Of a stretch of DNA of 64,000 bases, positions 25,930 to 37,949 are shown piece after piece; the first letter of the stretch is position 1, and each line of letters opens with the position of its first letter. The stretch is from Isurus oxyrinchus (Eukaryota): assembly GCA_026770705.1 (NCBI GenBank), contig JANJGN010000035.1:6944001-7008000 (forward strand), in the 5' to 3' direction. The notes below the pieces were generated by a model, which worked only from the letters and a program-made list of their open reading frames with translations, was not told where the DNA came from and did no database searches. A program made the translations under genes and the position numbers.

Positions 25930-26850
25930 AAGTGCTCAAAACTGCCAAATGATTACTCTGTACAAAAATTCCCCACCCAGTTTACACTTCCCCAGGTAAA
26001 ATAATAAGCATTCCCATCGTTGCAATTCCGTGTGCTAATTCACTTCCTTACATAAATCCTTTACATAATTCTTTACAAAAGGGAACCAGTTCAGACATCA
26101 CAATATACCTCCATTAATGCTTTATCTTTCAGCAACTCATCAGGAACACAAATTGTTCCATCAGCCACATGAAAAGACTACTGTGCCCCAGTGTCTCTGA
26201 ACATGGTAATGTGTGCACTTGGTTCACTGTAGCAGGAACGGAATACTTCCTCCTTCGATACAAAAACGTTACACATTCGAGTAATCTGACGCAATTTAGC
26301 AGTATTAAATTTGCCTCCCATTTACCATATTGCACTTGATTGCAGATTCAAGTCGAACATGTTTCTCTTATACCACTGTTAGGGATTCCCCATGCATTTC
26401 GCTGACTGGTACAGCCTTTTCTGAAACTTCCCTTAGCATTCATATTATAGCTTTCGACTTCTGTTCAGCTTCCACAATTGGTTTTCAGATGACTGGCCTT
26501 ATGGCACTAGTAGCATATCAATTAATTTGCATCCCTCTTATTCCATATGCCATCACATTTCTGTACTGGAACAGGTTTTGCCATTGCCCTATACCTAGAC
26601 CTGTTTCTGTTCTCGCAGCTTAATGTGGTTTGCAAGTGAAGACTTACTGCCGCCTACCTTCCCTTTTGATGTGTCATATTCATCTGCCTGTGCCACCACT
26701 TCTTGCAATCGAGAAACGTTACTGTCGTCCACGTGTTGCCTAGCGGCTATGAGGATGTTATTTAGAAACACTTCCAGCATGATGGGAACGCTCGCACAGT
26801 ACAATTGTTGCTCTAAATTCACAGAACTAAACTAACGGCCCTATGACATT
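25930..26850 (-). mobile_element. Gmr1-like Gypsy gag-protease fragment
   Basis: ORF 26595..26822 reads MLEVFLNNILIAARQHVDDSNVSRLQEVVAQADEY. Protease motif ITMFRDTGAQ at about 26215-26185. Confidence 0.7.
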
Positions 26851-27239
26851 TTCTTAGGCCCATAGCAACTATACAAACGTTTCATTCACATTTAATCTAA
26901 AGTTCTGAAGCATTAATGATAGGCGTCATGCACAGGCATTAAGAACCATAATTTAAATAATTACAACCTGAAGATTATTATTCTGAAAGGCTAAAATCCA
27001 AATTCATAGCCGGCCCAATTAGATCCATGGCTAGGATGTTTCTGAGGTCTTGTTTTCCCTTCCCACAATCGAAATTTGTTCTCTATCAATATTTTCGGGG
27101 AGTAATGTTGTCATGCTCCCAGAACTGTTAATTGACTGGAGGTGGGGCTTTCTCTCCTAACTCATGTGGAAATTCCTCCCTCGGGAGCTGCTGACTGATT
27201 AACTTATCGGCAGCTCCCTATTACCAAAAGCTGCAGAGC

Positions 27240-27730
27240 TTGTAAGGGGCCGTTCTGGGGCTACATACAGATTGGGCGTTCTGTGATGACACGCAGCCCC
27301 CGAAGCCGAAACACTGGGATTCCTGGACAAATTACCGGGGACGCAGAGCAGGTTCGGGAGTTGTGGATAAGAGCAACGGTCTGGGCAGAAGTAGGAGAGG
27401 CCGGAGGGTCTGGAGGCGAGAACAGGGGAGATCCAGGGCTTTTCTGGAGGTGCGCAATATTAAAATGATGCTTCTGATGGGTGCTTTCACACCACTTTCC
27501 TCCCAAGGCAGGAAACCGGTTAACCTGCGGACTTCCCTCTGTTCGTCCTCCCACCAGCATTACAATTGGGGGTGGGCGGCTATAGCAAATTGCGCATCAC
27601 GTAAGATGTCAATTTGTGGCATTGTCAAACCAAGCACATAGGGTTCGGGGTGAGCGGAAACCTGATGGAAATGCCATTCGCGAAATCTTACCGTCAGCCA
27701 CTCCTTCAAACCCGCCTGGAGGATTACATA
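27240..27730 (+). pseudogene. Putative internally deleted Harbinger transposase remnant
   Basis: GC-rich and convergent with the Myb/SANT gene. Ends with GNAIREIL, resembling HARBI1-type C-termini. No DDE core is visible. Confidence 0.3.
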
Positions 27731-27949
27731 AATTTCATCCAAAGGAGCAATTGGCAAGGTGGTTTTCTTATTAGTTTATTGAGAGAGTGAACAGTGTGTA
27801 AAAGTGATCACACATTTAAGTAATTTTCATAACCCTGCCTCTACACTTTGGTGGTCCCTGGAATCTAGAACAGAGTTGCTGGCAGCCTGCTGACTGTGAC
27901 ACGCTGTTGGTGATTACATCGGAAGGCGTCCTCTGGAGGGCCGAGCTTT

Positions 27950-29515
27950 GAAGGGCCCAGGCCTTCTTTTGGGGTGCTGCTGTATGACAGTGGCACCGTC
28001 CTCGTCTTGACAACCTGGACGTGCCGAGAAAGTAGGAATAGGGGATTCAGGTTGGCAGTTCACGCCGAGAGACACCTTGGTGGATGTCACCGGAGTGTGC
28101 ATCTGATGGCCCTCCTTCCTTTGTTTTTTCCAGGGCCCCTGGATGACGCCGTGAGGGGAAGATGTAGCTGTAGTGATGTTGAGCTGCACAGCATGCCTGT
28201 TACCTACACACTGCTAGAAGCCAAAATTGGCATCAGCGAACGGGATTAGCCCACACAGCAGTGCAGGAGTGATGCCATGGACAAAGGCCTCCAGGGTAGC
28301 CGTGATCCTGCCAGTGTTGATCACGGTTCCTTGCAATGCCGGCACTATCACTCCAGCCTGAAGAAGGATGGGTTCCTCCATCATGCCTTGAACCCTGATG
28401 GGTGCAAGGAATATCCTTTTCTGTTGTGCCCTATCTATCCTTTGTAGCTGCAGCTACTGTGACATGACCGAGCCCAAAGTCTCCTTACGTGGCTCGGACT
28501 CAGAAATGTTCTGTCCTCCAGCAGTCCTCTGAGTGTCGGGGAACTGGGAAGACCCTGCCTCCACCAGCTGTCGATCAGTAAGTGCGAATTGCTCATCCTT
28601 GTGCGATCTCGAGGCTACACTAAAGCTAGGTCCCAGCAAGGTGTGCGTCTCTGCTTTGGTGGAAGTTGTTGGTGAATGCTGTGACCGGACAACTGTTAGG
28701 GTGCCTTCAGATTCCTCTGTAGAGGTTTTTTTTCGGAGCTTGCAACGAGGCCTTTGTTCATGGACTCTGTCGACTATTTGGAAATGTGCCTGCGAAAGCA
28801 AGGGGAGATAATTAGTGCATGGCAGTGGCCTGTGAAATAGGGCACATCATTCCCCGCACAGTTGTCCGATATGTGATGCGTTGCTGGATCCTGAGACTCG
28901 CTACCGCAGCATCGGACTCACCATCAGCATACGGCAGGTGCTGGTCATCACTGGCGACCTGGATAATTCCTTGCCGAATTATGTCAGAACTTTGATTTTG
29001 ACCCTCCCTCTACCTGCCTGCGGCCTTTCACTGCTGATGTGAGACAGCTTTTCCTTCATGGATGGGGATGGGGAGACTTCATCAGGACGCCTGCAGGCCT
29101 GATGATCAGTATGCCTAGCCTGTGTTAGAGGTCTCATGGACTGAATGAGAATAATGACTGTGCCTGTGAAAGAGTTAATGGTGATCTCCTTGCACTGGAA
29201 TTGAATGACGGGTCTTTGTAGCTATTAGGGGTTTGTGAGTTTTATGAGCTGGGAGTGATGAAAAGCGTGACGTACCCTCGCGGAATGCAGTAGATCATTG
29301 ATCCATTTGCAGCATTAGATGGCTGCCCTCTGCACGGCGTTCGCGATGACCACCGCTAACATTGCCCATGTGGCCGGTTTGGTGACATTGCCACCCACCC
29401 TGCAGCCAGAACGGGTGTAGAGCATATCCTGTCAAGCCTCCAGCACTTTCAATAGTCGCTCGAGTGACCCTTCGTTGAAGCAAGGGTTGCAGTCTTGTTT
29501 TCCTTTCCTGGCAAT
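27950..29515 (-). pseudogene. PIF/Harbinger Myb/SANT-like (trihelix) DNA-binding gene, three exons, inactivated
   Basis: Exon 1, 29515-29276, is 80 in-frame codons: ..CFNEGSLERLLKVLEA*QDMLY..TWAMLAVVIANAVQRAAI*CCKWINDLLHSAR, then a GTACGT donor. Exon 2, about 29053-28895, reads EKLSHISSERPQAGRG (TGGG-like). Exon 3 starts after ctccccttgctttcgcag at 28789. Confidence 0.75.
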
Positions 29516-29999
29516 GTCTCACAGGTAGCGGTGTTGAAATAGTAACAATGAGAGTATGCTGTCAGCTGCTTTTCAAAGATTGTGGCTGGAGTGATGCAAC
29601 AGCAGTGTGATGACGATTGAGGAATGAGAGCCTGCCCACAATTGAAATGGCGTGTTTCATGGGAGTGAAGATATAAAGAGCTGGGCTTGGAAAGTTGCGG
29701 CTGCAAAACCCTTCATTTTCAATGACAGGATTTCATTTTTGCCAGGTGCTACCGCACTTAGTGCAATTCTGTAACAACTATACCCCATGTCACAGGATAA
29801 GAATTCAATGGATTATTAATCATTTCCTCATGAGCATTTACTTGTCCACTATCTATATGGCACAAGCCAGGAGCGTGATGGAATTCTCTCTGTTTGACGC
29901 AAACACCTTCAAATCGACAACCTCAAAATCTCCTCAGAACTCTCGCCAATGCTTTCACTTCCTTCACTTGTGTGGTTTGAGAACTGGATACAGTGTTCT

Positions 30000-31050
30000 A
30001 GAAAATGCCTTGCTATTGTTTCATACATTTTCAACATGATGTCCATACTCAATGCCCCTAATAATAATGCCTAAGATACGAAATGATTTATTAACTGCTG
30101 TCAAAACGTGCCCTTTAATCTTCAATCACATATGTGGATATACTCCAAGGTCTGCTTGTTTATGCACCACCTTTAGATTTTCTCGCTTTATTTCATACTA
30201 CCTCATTGTAGTCTTCCTGGAAAAATGATTCTCCTCATACTTCCCTGCATTTGATCCCTCTACCACTAGGCTGAGCTCGAAATTCACCCACAATATTGTG
30301 TGTGTTACTGAAAATCAATGTACACTCACTCCAACAGAACTGCGTTTATAAACGTTCACTGTTACTTCCGCAGAAAAATCCAACAAAGTATTTAAAACTG
30401 CTTTTCCCTTAATGAATCCGTCTTGGCATACCTAAATTATCCTGCCCTTGTTTAAATCACCATGAATTTTGTGATGGAAAATAGCTGGTAGGCAGAAGGT
30501 TCCCAGTTAGTTAGTTTCTGGAGGTTTTTTGAACACTTAAGCCAAATTGACTGGTGTGGATCTGTTGGTTTGTTCTTCAACCTTTTTTTGAACAGATGTG
30601 TAGCATTCACAATCCTCCAGTCCGCTGGCTGCACGCCTGTCTCTAAGGAAGAATGGAAGAGTTTCACCAATGCTTCTGCAACTACCTGTCTCATTTCCCT
30701 CAGTAAGCTTCCTTCCATCCTATGTGCTTCTGGTATTTCCCGTTTTTAATTTAATGATAACCTTCCAACATGTCTTTTGTCTCAATGGTAAATTGTTCCG
30801 ATTGTACCAGTAATCTCCTCTGTCACCACGCCCCAGGTAGCATATTTTACCTTTGCAAATCACATGCAAACTATGCGTTCAACAGTTCCATAATCTATTG
30901 TCTCTCCACTTGAAGCTACCCTTTTTCATTACGAATTGGGCCTACCCTTTCGTTTACCATCATGCAGTTCATTAGATGCTTGTAGGAGGCCCTTTTATGT
31001 TTGTTGCCAATCTCTCTTAACGTTCCCTTCTTGCTTTTCGTTTTTGCGTA
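30000..31050 (-). mobile_element. CR1 ORF2 fragment
   Basis: ORF 30452..30718 reads LLREMRQVVAEALVKLFHSSLETGVQPADWRIVNATHLFKK. Confidence 0.85.
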
Positions 31051-31109
31051 TTCAGATCCAATTTTGTCCTTCAACATTCATGCTGATGCTCCATTCAGAT
31101 TGATTGAAA

Positions 31110-34100
31110 ATTATGCGCTAGCACGAGTATTTGTTTACGTGGTTGGGTAAGGTTTCAAATGAAATGGCAGGTCGATGGGAACCTATGGAAGGAGGGAGAA
31201 GCAGTGGAGTCAATGCCAAGAACAAAAAAAAGAATGGTGAATAACAAAAGGGATAGACAGATGCATTAAAGACCAGAATCCAAGAAGGCCTCAGACAAAA
31301 ATAGTGGGAACGGTACAACTAATGTTAAAAATACAAGCTTTATGTCAGAATGCGAGGAGCATTCGCAATTCAGTGGATGAAGTAAACGCATAAGTAGTTC
31401 TAAAACGGTGTGATATCATCGGGATTACAAAGACATGGTTGCGTGGTGACCAGGGATGAGAGGTGAACAGGAGCATTCAGTATTTTGGAAGGACAGGCAC
31501 AGCAGAAAAGGTTTTTTGGGGGGCATTGCTGTTTCAAGGATAAATTAACTTAAGAGGATTGAAATATATTAGCTCCGAAATGTCAATTGTGTGTGTATGT
31601 GCAGAGCTGAGAAACATTAGGCGATGCACACATTTCTGGGAGTTTCATGTAGACCCCAAACTGTAGTGGTCATGTTGGGAACGACATGAAACAGGAAATT
31701 AGAGACACATGCAATAAAGGGAATCTTCAATTAGGGGTGACTTTAATCTGTATACAAATTAAATTAATAAAAAAAGCTGCAGATGAGGAATTCCTGCAAA
31801 GTGTATTACATAGCTTTCTGGAGCAATACGCTGAAGGATGAACTGGACAACAGGCCATCCTGGACTGGCTATTGTGTAACTTGAAAGGAATAAATGGTAA
31901 TCTTGATGTGTGAGGCTCCTTCAGGATGTGCAAACATAATATGATAGAATTCTTCTTCGATTTGGAAAGTGACGTTGTTGATTTTGATCCTCGGGTCCTG
32001 AAACATAATACAGGAAACTATGACGGCATGACGCTCGAGTTGGCTGTGATTGGTTGCGAAATGTTACTTAAAGGGATGACGGTGGATTGGCAATTGTAAT
32101 CATTCAAAGAGCGCAAGAGTGAACTGCAACAGATGCCCGGCGCAAAAGTGAAATTGGAAAGGTGGCCAAAACATGTTTTACAAAATAAACTAGATTTTGT
32201 ATTAAATCCAAAGTAGAGGCATACACATGACCACAAAAAACAATAGTTATGAGTATCGGGAACAGTTTAGAATTCAGCAAACGGGCATCAATTTATTGAT
32301 TAAGAAGAGGAAAACAAAGTAGGACAGTAAGCTTCTGGGGAACATAAAAACGTACTGAAAAATTTTCAATAGGTATGTGCAGAGAAAAAGTTTGGCGAAG
32401 ACGATTGTGGGTCTCTTACTTTCGGGAAAAGTTGAATTTGTAATGGGTATAAAGCAATGGCTAACGAAGTAAAAAGATACTTTGGTTCTGTTTTCAAAAC
32501 GGAGGAAATACATTATTTACCAGAAACTTTGGTGATCACAAGGTTCAGTGGGAGGAAGGAGCAGAAAGAAGTCTGTTTTAGAAGAGAAATGGTGCTCAGG
32601 AATATGATGGGATTAAAGACCGGAATATTTCCAGGGCCTGATAAATTAAACCCCAGAGTACGTAGCAAAGTGCCTCTAGAAAAAGTAAATGCATTTTATG
32701 ACATATTTTTTGATGCTATAGTACCTGGAACAGTTGCGACATCTTGCAGTGCAGGTAGGGTAATCCCACTACTTAAAAAGTGTGTGTAAAGAGAAGACAG
32801 TGAATTATAGAATTGTCAACCTCACGTTGGTCGTGGGGAACATTCTCGTCTCCATTATAAAATGTTTAATAGCGGACCACATAGAAAACATTGGCAGAAT
32901 TGTATAGAGGCGTCATGGATTTACAAAAGGGAAATCATGCTTGAAAAATCTACTGGATATTTTCAAGCATGTAACTAGCAGATTTGCAGAGTTTAAGCAG
33001 TGCAGCCAGTGGATGTGGTTGATTTGGATTTTCAGTAGACTGTTGGCTAAATCGAATATAAGAGAATAACGTGTAAAATTACAGCACTTGGGATTGATGT
33101 TAGTGCTTTTAGATGAACAGAATAATGGTTGGCATGCAGGAAGCAAAAAGTGGTGATAAACAAGTCATTTTTTTCCGAATGGCAGGCAGTGAGTAATGGG
33201 GTTCCACAGTAATCGGTGGTGGGACCCAAGCCATTCACTAAATATAAATGTGAATGACTTATGTGAGGGAACTAAATTGAATATCTCCAAATCTGCAGAA
33301 AATACACATCTGGGCAGGAGGGTGAGCTGTGAGGAGGATGCAGAGATGCTTCTGTATTATTTGGACAAGCTAAGTGAGTGGGCCATTGCATGGAAGATGC
33401 AGTACAGCATTCACAAATGTGAGGTTATCCACTTCAGGTGCAAAAACAGGAACGCAGGATATTATTTGAATGGCTATAAGTTAGGAATATGAAACGAGGC
33501 ATGGGTGTTCTCGTACACCAGTCGCTGAAAGTAAGCATTCAGGTGCACCAAGTGGTAGAGGAGATAAATGGTTTGTTCTCGTTCATTCCGAGACGATTTG
33601 AATTCTGGAGGGGGTATGTCTTGCTGAAATTATGCAGGAGTTGATGAGACCACGACTGGAATATTGTGTGCAGCTTTGGTCTCCTTAGCTGAGGAAGGAA
33701 TTTCCTGCTGTAGATGGAGTGTTGCGGCGGTTTACCAGACTGACATATGAGAAGAGATTGAGTGGGTTAGAATAATATTCGCTGGAGTTCAGAAGAATGA
33801 GTTTGGACCGCTTAGCAACCTATAAAACCTTAGCCGATCTAGACGATGTAGAGGCAAGAAGGATATTCCCGATGGTGGCGTAGTCCAGAACCATGGTTAA
33901 TAGTCAGAAGATATGGGGTAGGCAATTTAGGATTGAGATGCAGAAAAATTCCTTCATCCAGAGATTGGTGAGTATATGGATTTAGTTACCACAGAAAGAA
34001 TTTGAGTCCAAAATATTGTATGTTTTTAAGAAGGAGTAATGCATAGCTCGTACAGCGAAAGGTCCAAGGGGATAAGGGGAGAAAGAGAGAGCAGGTTATA

Positions 34101-34185
34101 GAGTTGGATTACCAGCCAAGATTACAATGAATGGCGCAGCAGGCTCACTCCTGCTACACTTTTCTCTCTTTTTATGTTTCTCTGT
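31110..34185 (+). mobile_element. CR1 LINE with near-complete but decayed ORF2 (EN plus RT) and 3' tail
   Basis: NARSIRN, DIIGITKTWL, GDFN, PGPDKLNPRV, RHGFTKGKSCL, KCEVIHF and RPRLEYCVQLWSP in order. Tail ctcactcctgctacacttttctctctttttatgtttc. Confidence 0.92.
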
Positions 34186-34199
34186 ATATTCAACCTGAC

Positions 34200-36680
34200 A
34201 TCAGCTGTATGTGTACTTGTTCAGTTTCATCTGCAGGTCCAGTTCTCCCATCGTCAAGGCAGTTCTTGTATTCACTTCTATAGCCTTCGCCTTCAGTAGA
34301 ATATACATTGACATCGCCTGCAATACATGCTATTAGAAGTTGGTCCACTGTTCAAACTTCGTGTTCTCTGTCAACATTTTATTCCTATTCACTCGACTCA
34401 TGCATTCTCATCTCATTGAATTTGGATTTCCACAAATTAATTATCCCTGCTCTGGACTGTTTTTTTTTTTGCCAATGGGACAAATGCATTTCAAAGAACT
34501 GTGTAGTAAATTGCCTGCCCTCTCATTGGAAAATAAACATGCTGCCATAGGTAATTACCTCGAGCACATTCTAGGAAACCTCACCACTTGTGTTCCTTTG
34601 CACTATTCGAACCCCAGCCTATGTTTGCATAATTGCAGTCATCCATCACAATTACTCTATAAGTTACAAATTTGTTTCTCTGCATCCCTCCTACAAGCTG
34701 CTGCTCTATGTGCGACATCGATGAATATTATTGTGCTTTTCACATTCCTTAGCTCTAGTCAGAGAGATGAAGTCTTTGGCCACTCTGATTATAATATCTC
34801 TATGATACTGTAATGCTGTCAAAGCCAACATTATCGCTCATGCAAACTATTCTCTTCCTTCCTTTCCTCTCTCTCTCTCTCCTAAACAGCTTGAACCCAC
34901 GCGTATTAAACCAACAATCCTGCTCTGCTTTGAGCCATTACCCTGTTAGAGCAGCAAAATCATAATACCATTTTTTTTACCTGTGCCTAGAGTTGACCAA
35001 TATTATTAAACACATTCTGTACGTTTACAGACATCTACACAAAAAAAAAAAACAGGTTTTGAATTTTACTTTTCCTTTTGCTCTGATCCCGCATGGTATT
35101 TAGTCCCAGTCCTTTTGCGTTTCATGTACCGGTCTCATGTGCATCACAGCCGGGCCCAATGCCTTAGAACACTAAAGTCCTCCCTTGCACTCCATTTACA
35201 CTGCTATATATTGAACTGCTCAATCTTCCTATTCTAATTCTAACCAGCAAGTTGGGCTGGGAGCAATTCTGAGATTACTTCTCTTGAAGTCCTGCTTTAG
35301 AGTGCCATGTTGAGATCCTTAAAGTCTGTTTTCAGGATCCGAAACGTTTTCTTACCAACGTGGTTGTTCCCAATATAGACTATGATCTCTGTATATTCAT
35401 CGTCCCCCAAAGTAATCTCCTGCAGCTGCTCTTTGACATCCTTGAACCTGGCATTAGAGAGCCAACATACAATCCCAATGTCATGTCTATAGCTGCAGAA
35501 ATATATGTCCACTCCGTAAACTAGAGATTCCAGGACAACTCTTGCATTCCCAAACTTACACCTTCGCTCTTGGCAAGTTAAGGCTCCGTCATACCACGAA
35601 TTTGTCTCTTGGCACATTCCTCTGCAGAGCCATTACGCCAAAATAGGAAAACAGCTAGAGAGAGACATATTTTCCGTGGATTCATGCGCTAATTTCCTGT
35701 GTCCCTTAGGTACTCTGATTCTCAACCATTCTCTGTCTGACTGCGAACTTATTGGCCGCTGTGTGACCCTCTCTGTATACGTACTTCCCAAGTAACCTTC
35801 GACCTTGTGGATGCAACACAATGATCCCAGCCTCGTCTCGAGTTCCAGGACACAATCTTCAAGTTACTGCTTCTGGTGATACGCTCTACATATGCACATA
35901 TCGACGGAACTCTGTGCGCGGACCATCAGCCACATCCCCCAGGATTTACGTTGCTCAGGGTCGAGTTGCAATGCCAAACTTTAAAATTTTTATAAAATGG
36001 TTACTGCACAATTGTGTAATATGCAAATTTCACATATTTGACACGAAACCTCTCCCCTGTGCTGATCCCTGAAACACGTTATCTTACCAAAAAATTGCAT
36101 ACTAGACTGCAATAAAGTCAATTTTACGTTTAATGTGTAAACTTCTGTCCCTCTCTCTGTCTTTCCGATTTTTCAATCACCTCCTATGACATTGACTTAT
36201 TTTTGTCTTCTGTAGAAAAACAAGAGACAGCTGCTGGATGCCGACGAAAGGTAGAGAAAGGGAGGTACACGTCCCTCACATCTTCCATGCACTCCTTCAC
36301 TCACCAAACACAAACTCGAATTCCAATGCATGCAAAGCAGCACTACAGTGCAGACAGGCAACTTTGAAGGACATCTGCTTAGATGCTCGGTGGTTCAAGC
36401 TTCTGAACGCCTTGTTTCTCCAGCCGTCTAATCGACGAGCCTCAACTCGAAGTAGATCTTGTAAACTGCGGTGTTAATTTTGGAATAACACAACTTTTTT
36501 CAAAGCAAACAACAACTTTAATTCATTGTTAAATTCAAGTACAGACTTTAAGTAGAAATTAACGTTTAAATTAAATTAACCATTTAAACTAATCGTTAAA
36601 AATCCCTCATTCTCCAAACTCCAACTCTCACTCTAATGCACACAGAACAGCACTCCAGTGCAGATAAATAGCCTGTCCCT
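34200..36680 (-). mobile_element. CR1 5' half: 5' UTR, ORF1 SGNH esterase and endonuclease
   Basis: ORF 35297..35617 reads RVVLESLVYGVDIYFCSYRHDIGIVCWLSNARFKDVKEQLQEITLG..IIVYIGNNHVGK, matching the GDSIVRG..CLPGAR..HIGTNDIG esterase. Endonuclease remnants at 34500-35020. Confidence 0.8.
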
Positions 36681-36999
36681 CAATAATGTTATTAGAATGA
36701 TATCTAATATACGCATTTTTGACGCTGCAACTGTGTCTCCATTGCTCGCATCATTCGTGTATTGTTACCTGCTTACCTTCTTAACCTCTTATGGGAATGA
36801 ACTTCAACCATATCACCCTTTAGAATGGAAGCACGTTATTAAAGACCGTTTTATCTATCAATATTTCTTACACAAATCCATTCTCACTACAGTGAAATTT
36901 CCTCCGCCCCCAAGAAGAAGCAACACACATTGGATTTACTTAGGATGGCTGCTGATTTTTGCTATTAGTAAGCTTAGCAATGTGCTGAAATTCCCGACT

Positions 37000-37600
37000 G
37001 CCTCTTTATCCAATTGACCCTACTCATAACGCAGAACTTCGTCCACCAAAGGTTCTTTCCTATTTGAAATTGAAACACAATCTTCTTGAATATATCCTGG
37101 AACGGAATTTAGGATCTATCTTGACCCCTTGACAGTTATGTTTTAACTATACCAGCCAACGTTAGGTTCAATAAATAACCATATTGCAGCTCACATATAG
37201 ATATTGCACATTCCTTTAAGTAAATTGTTGCAACTATGTTCCTCTATATCTTTCCCACGAATGGAAGCCCATGGAATATGTCATCTCGTTCAATGTTTCG
37301 TCAGTTGGTCTTTTCGTTTAGGCCAAACCAAATATATTCAATCTTTTATTTTTCTAGGACATTTTTCAACCCCATCTGTGAAACATTCTCCTTTGTCAAT
37401 ATTGATTATTCGATCATTCCCTCCAATCCCTATCTTTCCTGAACATTTTGATCAAGCATATTTAGGACCTAGTCCTCCTCTATTTCAAGTCAGTTCTTCA
37501 GTATCGTTTAAACATTTATTCATGTCTGATTTCCCTCACCTCTCATTCCCAATGCTTATTTAGCAAACACTGCATTTACATACATTTGGGGAAAAAAATA
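37000..37600 (-). mobile_element. CR1 endonuclease fragment
   Basis: Decayed LLNVNAVFAK.. and DNCQGVKIDPKF..QDIFKK remnants, equivalent to PTRxxAILDL. Confidence 0.5.
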
Positions 37601-37949
37601 GTTATCTCTTATCGTTTACTTCCTAATTTAACTCGACACAAGGCCTTGATATTTCTCCTCAGTGTGCTTGCAGACTCTTCCATTTCTTCCTGAATCATGT
37701 TAAAATAGGAATATTTAACCCAGGTTGTATTTTGTCTGCCAGATTGGCCAAGATCTTTCGGAGGAGAATGAGAAAAAACGCCCCACGAGGTCATTGGTCC
37801 CTATTGCTTTCTGGTAGAGCCCTTAGAGCGTGTACATGTAGCACTTCGCAAGAGCCGGCTCCAGGCTCACAGTGATGAAAAAATGTTCTCTCCTTGGCCG
37901 GCTGATCAGTCACATGTTTAGCTTTTCCTGTTCTATACTCACTTTCAAC

